Below, piece after piece: positions 9,653 to 20,002 of a stretch of 64,000 bases of DNA. The DNA is from Longimicrobiales bacterium (GTDB lineage: Bacteria; Gemmatimonadota; Gemmatimonadetes; Longimicrobiales; Gaopeijiaceae): NCBI GenBank assembly GCA_965238005.1, contig OZ250165.1:4672001-4736000 (forward strand), given 5' to 3'. Below the pieces are notes generated by a model. It saw nothing but the letters and a program-made list of their open reading frames with translations. It was not told where the DNA came from and ran no database searches. The position numbers were made by a program, and so were the translations under genes. How positions within the stretch are numbered: position 1 is the first letter of the stretch; every line of letters begins with the position of its first letter.

Positions 9653-10029
9653 TTGAGCCGCCAGCCGATCCACTACGACTTCGACGACCGCCCGAGGTTG
9701 GCGCGCTCTTCGCCACCCTTCCCGCCCCGGTCATCGGCGGAGGCGGCCTGATCATGTTCGCGATGATCTTCGCGAGCGGCATGGCCATCGTGCGCCGCGG
9801 CCCGGACTTCGATCAGCGTGACATGGTCATCGTGGCCGTCGCGCTGGGGCTGGGGCTGGGAGCCGAGCTGAGGCCCTCGGCACTTCAGCACTTACCGGAA
9901 GCCGTGCGCACGCTGTTCGGGTCGGGCCTCATCACGGGGGGGCTGACCGCGCTCGTCCTGAACCTGGTTCTGCCCGGCGCGGTCTCCGTCGAACCCGCCT
10001 CGGATCCGGGCGAGGAACCTAGCGGGTGA
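9653..10029 (+). pseudogene. NCS2 (xanthine/uracil) permease relic with large internal deletion
   Basis: GGAG + TTG-SRQPIHYDFDDRP (typical N-term) joined out of frame to C-term PEVGALFATLPAPVIGG...GSGLITGGLTALVLNLVLP. Confidence 0.75.
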
Positions 10030-11246
10030 GCGCCGTGACGGAGCGACTCCGCGTCGGTGTCATCGGAGCCGGGCGGTGGGCGAAGACCGCGCATCTCCCG
10101 GGATTTCGTCGCTCGCCCCTGTGCGAGCTCGTGACAATCTGCGACCTGGACCGTGACCTGGCCGAAGCCACGGCTGCCGAATTCGACATCCCCGACGTGG
10201 TGACGGACTACGAGAAGGTCCTCTCGAGGAACGACCTCGACCTGGTGGACATCGTCACCCGTGGCGATCACCAGGATCTGGTCTTCGCCACCCTGAAGGC
10301 TGGGAAGCACTGCCTCGTCGAGAAGCCCGTGTGTCACGACTACGCGGACGTGTGGCGAGCGCACGAGCTAGCGGAGTCGAAGGGGCTCAAGACCAAGGTC
10401 GGCCTGACCTTCCGCTACGCCCCTGCCGTCATGTACATGTTCGACCTGATCCGTGACGGCTTCGTGGGCCACCCCTTCGTCTTCAACGGGTACGAGCAGA
10501 ACTCCCAGTGGCTGGATCCCGACAACCCCGTGGACAAACGGATCCACAAGACCAGGCCGGAGGGGGAGCCGCCGTGGGGCGAGGACCTGAGTCGCGAGGG
10601 AATCACGGTGTCCGCGCTGGAGGGCTACGGCGCGCCCACCATCGACATCGGCCTGGAGTGCGTCGGAAGCGACCTGACCAGCGTGGTGGGGGTGCTCGCC
10701 AACATGGTCCCCTATCGGCGCCGGACCAACCTCGACACCGAGCGTGAGCGCGTCAACATCGACGACGCCGACATGTTCATGGGAGAGGCGGCCAACGGCG
10801 CCCTTTTCTCCATGCAGTCGAGCTACGTCACCGTGGGCAACTACCCGGGCATCGAGGCGCGGATCTTCGGCTCCGGCGCAGCCATTCAGGTGCGCCTCGT
10901 GGAGGAGTTCGGAGTGATCCAGACCATGCACACGGCCAAGCCCGACGCTGTGGAGTTCGTGCAGCAGGAGATCCCCGAGCGCTACTTTCCACCGGGCTCT
11001 CAAGACGACGATCACTGGGGGACCGCCTTCTACGGGAATCTGGTCCACAACTTCTGCCAAGAGATCGTGGACGGGGGTGACGCCAACCAGGGCAACTTCG
11101 CCCGGAGCGCCCGCGTCCAGGAGATCATCAACGCCGTGACCCTGTCCCATCGCACGCGCGGGTGGGTGAGTCTCCCGTTGGAAGGCGGCGGGAAGGACGG
11201 GAGCGTCGAGGCCGACGGAGTCGGCCAGGGAGATCCTCGCCCATGA
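10026..11246 (+). CDS. Gfo/Idh/MocA family oxidoreductase
   Basis: LRVGVIGAG, GKHCLVEKP; GTG overlaps previous stop. Confidence 0.88.
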   Translation: MSAVTERLRVGVIGAGRWAKTAHLPGFRRSPLCELVTICDLDRDLAEATAAEFDIPDVVTDYEKVLSRNDLDLVDIVTRGDHQDLVFATLKAGKHCLVEKPVCHDYADVWRAHELAESKGLKTKVGLTFRYAPAVMYMFDLIRDGFVGHPFVFNGYEQNSQWLDPDNPVDKRIHKTRPEGEPPWGEDLSREGITVSALEGYGAPTIDIGLECVGSDLTSVVGVLANMVPYRRRTNLDTERERVNIDDADMFMGEAANGALFSMQSSYVTVGNYPGIEARIFGSGAAIQVRLVEEFGVIQTMHTAKPDAVEFVQQEIPERYFPPGSQDDDHWGTAFYGNLVHNFCQEIVDGGDANQGNFARSARVQEIINAVTLSHRTRGWVSLPLEGGGKDGSVEADGVGQGDPRP

Positions 11247-11301
11247 ACGGAAGACCGAGAGCGCTGCCGCCGAGCGCCCCATTACGCGAGGGGAGTGCAC
11301 C

Positions 11302-12303
11302 ATGACGGAGAGCAAGCTCCGCTGGGGTGTCATCAGCACGTCCAACATCGGACGGGCCGCGGTGAACCCGGCCATCCAGGCTTCCCGGAACGGCGAGCTC
11401 TTGGCCGTGGCCAGTCGCGAGGAGGTGCGGGCCCGCGAGTTCGCCGAGAAGTGGGAGATTCCCGGGCACTACGGGAGCTACGACGCCCTACTGGACGACG
11501 CCTCGCTCGACGCCGTCTACATTCCGCTGCCGAACAGCATGCACCGCGAGTGGACGATCCGGACCGCCGAAAAGGGTAAGCACATCCTCTGCGAAAAGCC
11601 GCTGGCATTGAGCGCGGCCGAGTGCCGGGAGATGGAGGCATCCGCCGAAGCCAACGGGGTGAAGCTCATGGAAGCCTTCATGTACCGCTTCCATCCCAGG
11701 ACGGAGAGGGTCGTGGAGATGGTACGGGCCGGGGTCGTGGGCGACCTGAAGGTGATCACAAGTGCCTTCACGTTCCGGCTCAAGAACCCCGACAACATCC
11801 GGCTCAAGCCCGAGCTGGGCGGCGGCTCGTTGATGGACGTGGGCTGCTACTGCGTGAACGTCAGCCGGACGATCGCCGGTGCCGAGCCCGTGGAGGTGCA
11901 GGCGGTGGCCCATCAGGGATCGAGCGGCGTCGACGAGCAGATGGTCGGCACGCTCCGCTTCGAGGACGGCCTGCTGGCGCAGTTCGACTGCGCCCTGACC
12001 ATGGAGCGGCGGGAGTCCTGTCTGGTGGCCGGAGCCGACGCCTACCTGACGGTGCCTGCGGCCTTCCTGCCCGGAACCGACGACGTGGTCATCCGGGAGC
12101 ATCGGAGCCGGGGTGAGATGACCGAGCACACGGTGGCGGGCGACGACGAGTACCGCCTTATGGTGGAGCATTTCGCCGACTGCGTCCTGAACGACCGTCC
12201 CCTGCGCTACACGGCCGAGGAGGCGGCACGCAACATGAGCGTCATCGCGGCGCTCTACGAGTCGGCCCGGAGGGGTGGCGCGGTCGTGGAGGTTCAGAGG
12301 TAG
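11302..12303 (+). CDS. Gfo/Idh/MocA family oxidoreductase
   Basis: LRWGVIST, YIPLPNSMH, GKHILCEKPLA, EAFMYRFHP, GGGSLMDVGCY. Confidence 0.92.
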   Translation: MTESKLRWGVISTSNIGRAAVNPAIQASRNGELLAVASREEVRAREFAEKWEIPGHYGSYDALLDDASLDAVYIPLPNSMHREWTIRTAEKGKHILCEKPLALSAAECREMEASAEANGVKLMEAFMYRFHPRTERVVEMVRAGVVGDLKVITSAFTFRLKNPDNIRLKPELGGGSLMDVGCYCVNVSRTIAGAEPVEVQAVAHQGSSGVDEQMVGTLRFEDGLLAQFDCALTMERRESCLVAGADAYLTVPAAFLPGTDDVVIREHRSRGEMTEHTVAGDDEYRLMVEHFADCVLNDRPLRYTAEEAARNMSVIAALYESARRGGAVVEVQR

Positions 12304-12339
12304 ATCCCCCCCCCGCTATCTTGCCTGTGGAGGCGCAAC

Positions 12340-13209
12340 ATGTGTCGATTCACGCTGTACCTCGGTCCCCCCATCCGGCTCGCCTCCCTGCTGACCGAGC
12401 CGGAGCACTCCTTGATTCGCCAGAGCGCGCACGCCCGCGAGCGGGAGCCCCTCAACGGCGACGGCTTCGGCGTCGGTTGGTACATCTCGGACGACGGCGA
12501 GGAGCCGGCGGTGTTGCGATCGGTCCGGCCCGCGTGGAACAACCGCAATGTGGCAAATCTCGCTCGGGCCATCTCCTCGCCGTGCATCCTGGCCCACGTG
12601 CGGGCGGCCACGTCCGGCATCTCTGTGAACGAGGCCAACTGTCACCCGTTCCAGTTCGGGCGTTACCTCCTGATGCACAACGGGCTCCTCGGCGCGTTCC
12701 GGCAGATACGGCGCCCCCTCATGGAGTCGGTGGGCGATACGGCCTACGCCAACGTGTTCGGCAGCACCGACACGGAGCACTTCTTCGCCGTGTTCATAGA
12801 CGAGCTCCTGAAGCGCTCCGAAGAGGACCCCTCTCTCCTTCTGGCCCGATCCCTGGCGGCGGCCATCACCCGGGTGCTCGAGCTGGTGCGGGTGCATGCG
12901 AACGGCGCCGCGAGCAAGCTGAACGTGGCGGTTTCCGACGGACGAGAGGCCGTGATTTCGAGGTACATGGAGGGTGGCTCCGATCCGCCGACCCTGTACT
13001 ACATCCAGCGCGAGCTCTACGAGCCTGCGGCCAAGGACTCGCCGGGGCGGCGGCGCTACGAGCGCTCCGGGTCCGTGGTGGTCTCGTCGGAGCGCCTCAC
13101 CGACGATCCCGAGTGGACGATGGTGCCGGCCAACCATCTCGTGGCTCTCAGCCGTGAGGCGCCCCAGCGACTCTTCAGCCTCGAGCAGGGCGAGGTGGTA
13201 GAAGTCTGA
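12340..13209 (+). CDS. Class II glutamine amidotransferase, EgtC-like Ntn hydrolase
   Basis: N-terminal MCR, NGDGFGVGWY, AHVRAAT, NCHPF, MHNG, GSTDTE. Confidence 0.88.
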   Translation: MCRFTLYLGPPIRLASLLTEPEHSLIRQSAHAREREPLNGDGFGVGWYISDDGEEPAVLRSVRPAWNNRNVANLARAISSPCILAHVRAATSGISVNEANCHPFQFGRYLLMHNGLLGAFRQIRRPLMESVGDTAYANVFGSTDTEHFFAVFIDELLKRSEEDPSLLLARSLAAAITRVLELVRVHANGAASKLNVAVSDGREAVISRYMEGGSDPPTLYYIQRELYEPAAKDSPGRRRYERSGSVVVSSERLTDDPEWTMVPANHLVALSREAPQRLFSLEQGEVVEV

Positions 13210-13268
13210 ACCGCGGCCCTCCTCAAGGAGGGGAGGTGCCCTTCCGTGCCTTGATTGGGGGGTACTCG

Positions 13269-13462
13269 ATGGACACGCTCGTTCAGGACCTGAAATACGT
13301 ACTCCGAACGCTCGGCCGGCACCCGGGCTTCACCGTCGCGGTACTCCCTGGGAATCGGCTTGGCCTACGTCGCGGTAGCGGCCATGGAGAGATGGCGGAG
13401 AAGTTCTGGCCGGGACAGGACCCCATCGGCAAGCGGGTCACCATGGAGTGGGAGCAGTCGGT
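13269..13462 (+). pseudogene. ADOP/MacB-type ABC permease relic
   Basis: MDTLVQDLKYVLRTLGRHPGFTVAVL (ADOP N-term) then EMAEKFWPGQDPIGKRV (internal motif); the rest is missing. Confidence 0.7.
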
Positions 13463-13568
13463 AGGCCACGGTGGCACGCTCGCTGGCTCTCGGCTGAGCG
13501 GTGAGCGTGGTGGGAAGGAGGATGGCCAGGAAAGCGACTGCGAACAAGAAATCTCGCTCGGGGGTCAT
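13463..13568 (-). pseudogene. N-terminal relic of a secreted protein, DUF2911-like
   Basis: Signal peptide followed by AQPRASERATVA, then abrupt junction with the convergent ADOP relic. Confidence 0.5.
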
Positions 13569-13623
13569 GCCGAAGAATTCTCCGCGATAAAGGATGAACG
13601 GCTCGGAGGGAATACGCTACCGC

Positions 13624-14628
13624 CTATTTCTCCCGCTGGAAGGCCTCGTCGAAGGCCGTCTCCGACGACGGATAATCCAGATCTCGCACGTAGCGACACG
13701 CCTCGGCGGCACCGTGCTCCCGTTCCATTCCCGCGTCCTCCCACTCTACGGAGAGAGGGCCCCGGTACCCCACGCGGTTGAGCGCGCGGATAACCTCCTC
13801 GAAGGGTACGCGACCGCGACCCAGAGAGCGGAAATTCCAGAAGCGATCCTGGTGGCCGAACGGCAGATGGCCGCCGAACACACCCGCTGGCGTGGGGGTC
13901 GAGGACCACCAGACGTCCTTCATGTGGGCGTGGAGGATGCGGGACTCGAAACGGTCGATGAACGCGACGCAGTCCACCCCTTGGTAGGCGAGGTGCGAGG
14001 GGTCGTAGTTGAACCCGAAGGCCTCGCGGTACCCCACAGCCTCCAGTGCCCGCTCCGCGGTGACGATGTCGAAGGCGATCTCCGTGGGGTGCACCTCCAG
14101 AGCGAATCGCACGCCCACCTCGTCGAACACGTCCAGAATGGGATTCCACAGCTCTGCGAACTCCTGGAAACCGTGCTCGATCGTCGCGGGGCTCACGGGT
14201 GGGAATGCGTAGAGGAGTGGCCAGATGGGACTCCCGGTGAAGCCGTTCACCACCTCGAGGCCCATGTTGGCCGCCGCCCGGGCCGTCCGCCTCATCTCTT
14301 CCGCCGCACGGGAGCGTACGCCGTCCGGATCGCCGTCCCCCCAAACGTGAGGGGGCAGGATGTCCCGGTGGCGCTGGTCCACCACGTCCGCCACGGCCTG
14401 GCCAACCAGGTGGTTGCTGATGGCCCACACCCCGAGGCCGTGCGCCTCGAGCATCTCCCGGCGCTCCCGGCAGTACGTGGGATCGTCCACCCCACGCGTC
14501 ACGTCGAAGTGGTCGCCCCAGCAGGCCAGCTCCAGGCCGTCGTACCCCCACTCGGCCGCCTTGCGGCAGAGGTCTTCCAGGGGAAGGTCGGCCCACTGTC
14601 CGGTGAAGAGGGTTACCGGTCGCGTCAT
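13624..14628 (-). CDS. Sugar phosphate isomerase/epimerase family TIM-barrel protein
   Basis: [50 protein letters not shown]. Confidence 0.9.
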   Translation of the reverse strand: MTRPVTLFTGQWADLPLEDLCRKAAEWGYDGLELACWGDHFDVTRGVDDPTYCRERREMLEAHGLGVWAISNHLVGQAVADVVDQRHRDILPPHVWGDGDPDGVRSRAAEEMRRTARAAANMGLEVVNGFTGSPIWPLLYAFPPVSPATIEHGFQEFAELWNPILDVFDEVGVRFALEVHPTEIAFDIVTAERALEAVGYREAFGFNYDPSHLAYQGVDCVAFIDRFESRILHAHMKDVWWSSTPTPAGVFGGHLPFGHQDRFWNFRSLGRGRVPFEEVIRALNRVGYRGPLSVEWEDAGMEREHGAAEACRYVRDLDYPSSETAFDEAFQREK

Positions 14629-14743
14629 CCCGTGCCTCGGATCCGAGTAGTCAAGCGGCCGGACCAGCGGCTGGCCCGCGGTGGGCTGAGCCTCGGATCG
14701 TGCCTTGCTGGGCCGGTGGGCCTCCACATGCTGGCGACTCAGG

Positions 14744-15907
14744 CTATCCAGGGGGCTCGTAGGAGCCCGAGACCCACGAGCCCCGGCGGCGGCTCTCCAC
14801 GGCCGCCTCGATGAAGTGAACGCCCCGGGCCCCGTCCTGGACTGTGGGGAAGTCGTCGTCGAAGGGGCCGGGCTCGGCAGCCCCCTTCCTGACGCGCAGG
14901 GTGCGGGCGACGTTCCGGTAGAGATTCGCGAACGCCTCGATGAAGCCCTCCGGATGTCCCCCGGGGAGCCGCGTGTGTGCCTGGGTCCGCTCCGCGAGGT
15001 CCGAGCCACCGGCGTGGAGCACCCGCTCCGCTCCATCCGCAGCCATCAGCCGGAGACGGTCCGGAGACTCCTGATCCCAGTCCAATCCTCCCTCGGTGCC
15101 GTAAACCCGGAGGCGGAGGTGATTACGCTCGCCCACGGAGATCTGCGAGGCAAAGAGGATACCCCTCGCGCCACCCACGAAGTGGAGGAGCAGCGTGGCA
15201 TCGTCCTCCAGGGCCCGGCCCGATACCAGGGTCCCGAGGTCGGCAAAGAGGCTCTCCACCTCGAGCCCCGTGACGTACCGGGTCAGGTTGTGGGCATGGG
15301 ACCCGAGGTCCCCCAGAGCCGAGGAGATGCCGGCCCGGGACGGATCGAGCCTCCACTCGGCCTGCTTGTGCCCCTCCGCCTCCAGGAGGGCGGCGAGCCA
15401 CCCCTGGGAGTACTCCACGACCACTTTGCGAACCGGCCCCAGAGAGCCTGAGCGCACCCGCTCACGGGCCTCCTTCACCATGGGGTAACCCGTGTAGTTG
15501 TGCGTCACCACGAAGATACGATCCCCCTCGGCAGCCATCCGGCACAGGGTCTCGGCATCCTCCAGTGTGGTGGTGAGAGGCTTGTCGCACACCACGTGGA
15601 AGCCGGCGTCCAGGAATGCATGGGCCACCGGAAAGTGGAGGTGGTTGGGGGTCACGATAGAGACGATCTCGATGCGATCGTCGGCGGGAAGGGCGGCCTC
15701 GGCCCCCGCCATCTCGTCGTACGAGGCGTACGTGCGCGCGGGATCAAGGCCGAGCTCGCCACCAGCCCGTCGCGAGCGCTCCTCGTCAGACGAGAACGCC
15801 CCCGCAACCAGAGTGAACTGGCCGTCGAGGGCCGCCGCCATCCGGTGGACGGGCCCGATGAAGGCGTCGGGGCCGCCGCCCACCATGCCGTACCGGATGG
15901 CCGTCAC
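14744..15907 (-). CDS. Gfo/Idh/MocA family oxidoreductase
   Basis: [48 protein letters not shown] start overlaps the MFS relic stop. Confidence 0.9.
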   Translation of the reverse strand: MTAIRYGMVGGGPDAFIGPVHRMAAALDGQFTLVAGAFSSDEERSRRAGGELGLDPARTYASYDEMAGAEAALPADDRIEIVSIVTPNHLHFPVAHAFLDAGFHVVCDKPLTTTLEDAETLCRMAAEGDRIFVVTHNYTGYPMVKEARERVRSGSLGPVRKVVVEYSQGWLAALLEAEGHKQAEWRLDPSRAGISSALGDLGSHAHNLTRYVTGLEVESLFADLGTLVSGRALEDDATLLLHFVGGARGILFASQISVGERNHLRLRVYGTEGGLDWDQESPDRLRLMAADGAERVLHAGGSDLAERTQAHTRLPGGHPEGFIEAFANLYRNVARTLRVRKGAAEPGPFDDDFPTVQDGARGVHFIEAAVESRRRGSWVSGSYEPPG

Positions 15908-16411
15908 GCCCCGATCCGTTCCACGACGTATCCGCCGGCACGGCGGTCCCACGCGTACAGTGTCCCGAAGATCAGCATGAGCACGCCACACAGGGGCACC
16001 ACGTACCGGAAGGAGATGCGACCGCCGTAGTTGTCGGCCGGCCCCAGTACCGACTGGGCCTCACCCACCAGCTCGGGAGACGCGTCCGAGGCGATGATGG
16101 CGCGGAGCGCATTGGCGGTCGCCGGCCACGATCATGATCAGGGTGCCGGCCAGGCGCCCCAGGAACGAGAGCCGGAGCAGGGAGCGCATCCCCAGCGTGT
16201 CACACAGAGGCGCAAAGACCAGCTGTGACACGGCGAATCCCCAGAGGGCCGCTCCGCCGATCCACCCCACCTCCTGGTTGGTCAGCAGGAACTCCCTATT
16301 GAGAGCGACCATGATGCCGCCCACCGTGGCGAAGGCCACCGACGTGGCGACGAGGGCCACGCAGCTCCCGACGAATAGCCTCCGGTCGCGGACGGAAGGA
16401 GAGTCGGTCAT
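15904..16411 (-). pseudogene. MFS transporter with most of its middle deleted, frameshifted at the junction
   Basis: N-term RRLFVGSCVALVATS...IMIVAG; from about 16125 another frame reads ATANALRAII...GGRISFRYVVPL...[14 protein letters not shown]. Confidence 0.8.
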
Positions 16412-16413
16412 GA

Positions 16414-17106
16414 TCAAGCCAATCCCAGATATTCCAGGACCTCGGGAGGCGGTGGATCCCACCGCTCCAAAGGTACGTTGCCGATGTATTGGAGGTCCTG
16501 CATCCCCTCCTCGGTGGTCCAGAACGCCCCGGCCGTGAGGTCACGGACCCGGGCAAAGAAGCGAGCGCCGGCCTCGAATCCGGCCGCCGCATCCGGTACG
16601 TAGGCGATATCGGCGCAGATCTCGTCCTTGCGCTCGGGACTCAGATCCCGGAAGCGTGTGCCTTGGCCGAAGCGGCGGCCCGCCTCCACGTCGAGCCACA
16701 CGAGCCCTCCCCGGATGAGAACCTGGTCGCGGCGCATGCCCTCGTAGGGAGCGCTCACCCACTCGTCGATGTAGTGGTGAGCGCCCAACTGACTCGCCGA
16801 ACGGGAGCTCTCGTCGGCGGGAATGATCACGTCGCAGAGCGAAGCGAGCGTGTCCAGCTCGTCTTGTGTGAGGACGCGCTCCCAGGGGATGACGACAGAC
16901 AAGAGATCCGGATCGGTAGGCGTACCGGCCGCGAGGGTGTTGCGGATCGGCTCCGACCCACCGGGCCCGTCCTGCGCCCCAGTACCACACGACGCTAGAC
17001 CGGGAGTCGCCGCGGCCACGGCCATGACTTTCAGGGCCATCCGCCGGTCCATGGGGAGGAGTACGGGGAGGGTCTTCTCGCTGGTCTCCCGCCGTTTCTT
17101 GCTCAT
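16414..17106 (-). CDS. Gluconate 2-dehydrogenase subunit 3 family protein (Tat-like signal)
   Basis: MDRRMALK twin-arginine motif, LCDVIIPAD, FFARVRDLTAGAFWTTEEG...YIGN. Confidence 0.85.
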   Translation of the reverse strand: MSKKRRETSEKTLPVLLPMDRRMALKVMAVAAATPGLASCGTGAQDGPGGSEPIRNTLAAGTPTDPDLLSVVIPWERVLTQDELDTLASLCDVIIPADESSRSASQLGAHHYIDEWVSAPYEGMRRDQVLIRGGLVWLDVEAGRRFGQGTRFRDLSPERKDEICADIAYVPDAAAGFEAGARFFARVRDLTAGAFWTTEEGMQDLQYIGNVPLERWDPPPPEVLEYLGLA

Positions 17107-18884
17107 CCGATGCTCCCGCGCTGGAGCTCATCCACCAGGTAGTCTGTCGCGCGCCACGCGACCGACATGATGCTCAACGTGGGGTTCTTGTCGGCGTTCG
17201 ACAGGAAAGATCCCCCATCGGTCACGAAGAGGTTGTCCACCTCCCACGACTGGCAGAAGGAGTTGAGCACGGCCCTCGAGGGGTCGTCGCCCATACACAC
17301 GCCCCCCACTTCGTGAATGATTTCGCCGGGCGGGGCGATGGCCTGGGCGCCATCGTCGTGGATGGTGCTGAGCACTCGGCCGCCCATGGACTCGATGATT
17401 TCGGCGAACGTGTGCTCCATATGCCGGGCCTGGTTCAGCTCGTGGTCCGACCACTTCCACCAGAAGCGAAGGACCGGGATGCCCCACTGATCCACGGTGT
17501 CCGGATCGATCTCGCAATAGCAGTCCTCGTTGGGAATCATCTCGCCCCGTCCGGAGAAGCTGAGGAACGACCCGTAGTAGCGGCGGCAGTCCTCCTTGAA
17601 CGCCTGTCCGTAGGACCCCCCCGTAAAGCGTTCCAGCCTATTGAAGGTGCCGCCGCCCGGCATGCGCCGTCCGCCTCCGAACTCGATGTGATAACCCCTC
17701 GCGAAGTCCAGGCGACCCCGGGCCTGCTCCTCGTATAGCCACCAGGGCATATACATATGCAATCCCGAGGCGCCGTCGGTGTTGTGGGGCGGCATGTTCT
17801 CCAACGCCGGGATCTGGCCCTGCACCTCGGCGCCCACCGTGTCCATGATGTATTTCCCCAGCAGTCCGCTTCCGTTGGCGAGGCCGTCCGGAAACAGGTC
17901 GCTCTTGGAGTTCAGGAGGATCCGAGCGGACGAGAGAGCGCTCGCGGCGAGGACCACGACGCGTGCGCTGACGTGCTCGTCGAGACGGGTGCGCTTGTCG
18001 ATGTAGTGGACGCCCGTGGCCCTTCCCCGTGCGTCGACCGTCACCTCACGCACCATGGCGTCAGTAATGAGGTCGACATTGCCCGTCGCCAGGGCCGGTG
18101 GGATCAGGACCGTCGTGGACTGGAAATTAGCCTTGATGGAGCACCCCCGTCCGCACGGTGTGGCCCAAAAACAGGCCGCCCGGGAGCGCATGGACTCGCT
18201 GAGCACCCGCTGAGCCAGCGGGTTGTTCGGATGTATGAGTCCCGGAAGAGTCCCGTGGTCCTGGACCTCCGAAAGGATCGCTCTGTGGGCCGGGATCACG
18301 GGAATTCCCAGATTTGCGCAGGCGCGCCGGGTAAAGAGTTCGTGGGCGCGCGGTGCGGGCGGGGCCTGGAGGACCCCGGGGGACGAGTCGGGCGTGTTCT
18401 CGAGCCCTTCGTTAGACCCGTACACGCCGATGAGCCTCTCGGTCTTGTCGTAGTAGGGGGCCATATCCTCGTACGTCATGGGCCAGTCGAAGCCCAGGCC
18501 ATCCCGTGAGTGGTGCTTGAAGTCGTACGGTCCCATGCGGAGCGAGATGCGGCCCCAGTGGTTGGTACGGCCACCCAGCATTCGGGGCCTCCACCAGCGA
18601 AACTCGGTGCCCTCGCCGCTTGTGTACGGCTCGCCGGGGACCTGCCAGCCGCCGTCGACCGTGGCGTCATAGAAGCCGAAGGGTTTCTCGGGCGTCTCGG
18701 CTCCTCTGAGCGGTGCATCCTTGGGGAGGTTGAACATGGGGGTCTCGGTAACCGGGTCGTAGTTCCTCCCGGCTTCGAGTAAGAGGACCTTCACTCCGGC
18801 CACGGCGAGGAGATAAGCGCACATGCCACCGGCGGCGCCCGAGCCCACTATGATGACGTCGTACTCCTGTTGGGCTCTGCTCAT
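17103..18884 (-). CDS. GMC family oxidoreductase (glycoside 3-dehydrogenase-like)
   Basis: IVGSGAAGG, LGGRTNHWGR, IIHEVGG, NLFVTDGG, KNPTLSIM. Confidence 0.9.
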   Translation of the reverse strand: MSRAQQEYDVIIVGSGAAGGMCAYLLAVAGVKVLLLEAGRNYDPVTETPMFNLPKDAPLRGAETPEKPFGFYDATVDGGWQVPGEPYTSGEGTEFRWWRPRMLGGRTNHWGRISLRMGPYDFKHHSRDGLGFDWPMTYEDMAPYYDKTERLIGVYGSNEGLENTPDSSPGVLQAPPAPRAHELFTRRACANLGIPVIPAHRAILSEVQDHGTLPGLIHPNNPLAQRVLSESMRSRAACFWATPCGRGCSIKANFQSTTVLIPPALATGNVDLITDAMVREVTVDARGRATGVHYIDKRTRLDEHVSARVVVLAASALSSARILLNSKSDLFPDGLANGSGLLGKYIMDTVGAEVQGQIPALENMPPHNTDGASGLHMYMPWWLYEEQARGRLDFARGYHIEFGGGRRMPGGGTFNRLERFTGGSYGQAFKEDCRRYYGSFLSFSGRGEMIPNEDCYCEIDPDTVDQWGIPVLRFWWKWSDHELNQARHMEHTFAEIIESMGGRVLSTIHDDGAQAIAPPGEIIHEVGGVCMGDDPSRAVLNSFCQSWEVDNLFVTDGGSFLSNADKNPTLSIMSVAWRATDYLVDELQRGSIG

Positions 18885-19684
18885 GGCAGCTGCCTAATTT
18901 TGATGCTCCGGAAGGCGACTCTGTCTCCGTGATCCTGCAGCCCGATGTGGCCTCTGGACGCCTGTCCGTATTCAGGCCACTCCTTGAACTTGCTGCCGGC
19001 GACCCGCTCCAACCAGTCGGCGCTGTGGAGCTCGTATTCCACGGTACGCACGCCGTTCAACCAATGCTCCACGTGGTCGCCGTTCACGAGAATGCGCACG
19101 GAGTTCCACTCTCCGACGGGCCGCGCCAGGCCGCGGGGAGTCGGATGGAGCCCGAAGTTGGACCCCGCCGAGGTGAGGGCCGACCGACCGTCGGGGTGGT
19201 TCTCGTCGTCGAGGATCTGCATTTCGGGAGCCCCCATGTAGATGCTCTCGGGGCCTTCCACAGCACGGAAAAAGACGCCGCTGTTCCCGCCGAGCTCCAC
19301 CTTCCACTCCAGTGTCAGGTCGAAGTTCTCGAACTGCTCCATGGTGATGACGTCCCGCCCTGGTTCGAGAAGGGTGAGCTCTCCGTCCAGGACCCGCCAC
19401 CCGTCGGGCATTCCGCCCATCATATAGCCGCGCCACCCTTCCGTGCTGTGCCCGTCGAAGAGGAGCTCCCAGCCCGCCTCGCGCTCGGTGTCCGTCAGCG
19501 TGTTGATCGGTGGTGAGAGCGGCGGCGTCTGTTGCGCCCCGGCCGATCCCGAGAGTAGGAGCGGCCCGCATCCCAGCATCCCGACACCCAGAGCGGGGAG
19601 CAGGCAAGCGATCAAGCGTGCTCGTGCCCCCTGCCGCCGGGCAAGGAATCCGGCGGTCTTCGTGGCCCCGGTCACATCGACCAT
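18881..19684 (-). CDS. DUF1080 (3-keto-disaccharide hydrolase family) secreted protein
   Basis: GWELLFDG, NSGVFF, EMQILDD, GEWN, VEHWLNG, GHIGLQDHG; start uncertain. Confidence 0.9.
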   Translation of the reverse strand: MVDVTGATKTAGFLARRQGARARLIACLLPALGVGMLGCGPLLLSGSAGAQQTPPLSPPINTLTDTEREAGWELLFDGHSTEGWRGYMMGGMPDGWRVLDGELTLLEPGRDVITMEQFENFDLTLEWKVELGGNSGVFFRAVEGPESIYMGAPEMQILDDENHPDGRSALTSAGSNFGLHPTPRGLARPVGEWNSVRILVNGDHVEHWLNGVRTVEYELHSADWLERVAGSKFKEWPEYGQASRGHIGLQDHGDRVAFRSIKIRQLP

Positions 19685-19790
19685 CCGGGCCGGTACTCGC
19701 GCGTCAGGTACTGATTGGCCTTCTCGACGTTGGTCACACGCATGTTCTCTCCATCGTTCTCGATTTTCCCGCCTTGAAGCTCAACATGTT
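19672..19790 (-). pseudogene. C-terminal relic of a Gfo/Idh/MocA oxidoreductase
   Basis: KIENDGENMRVTNVEKANQYLTREYRPGW* matches the characteristic C-terminus of these enzymes; no upstream part. Confidence 0.6.
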
Positions 19791-20002
19791 CTCCAGGCCG
19801 CAGCGCCCAACCCAAAAGTCCACGACTACCACCCAGGCATCGCGCTAGGGCGTAAGCAGGGCACCGCACAGGAGTTGCCCTCGGAGCAGCTCGACTCTCA
19901 GTCCGTCGCGGGTTCGTCAGGCGGCGCCCCGGGCCGCCGCACGTCCTCACGCTGGGCCTCCCTCATCGCGCGTATCTACCATGTCCTACCACTCGTCTGC
20001 CC

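Noticed and set aside
12340..13209. Ergothioneine biosynthesis cluster
   Set aside because: Only an EgtC-like gene; no egtA, egtB or egtD neighbours in the window
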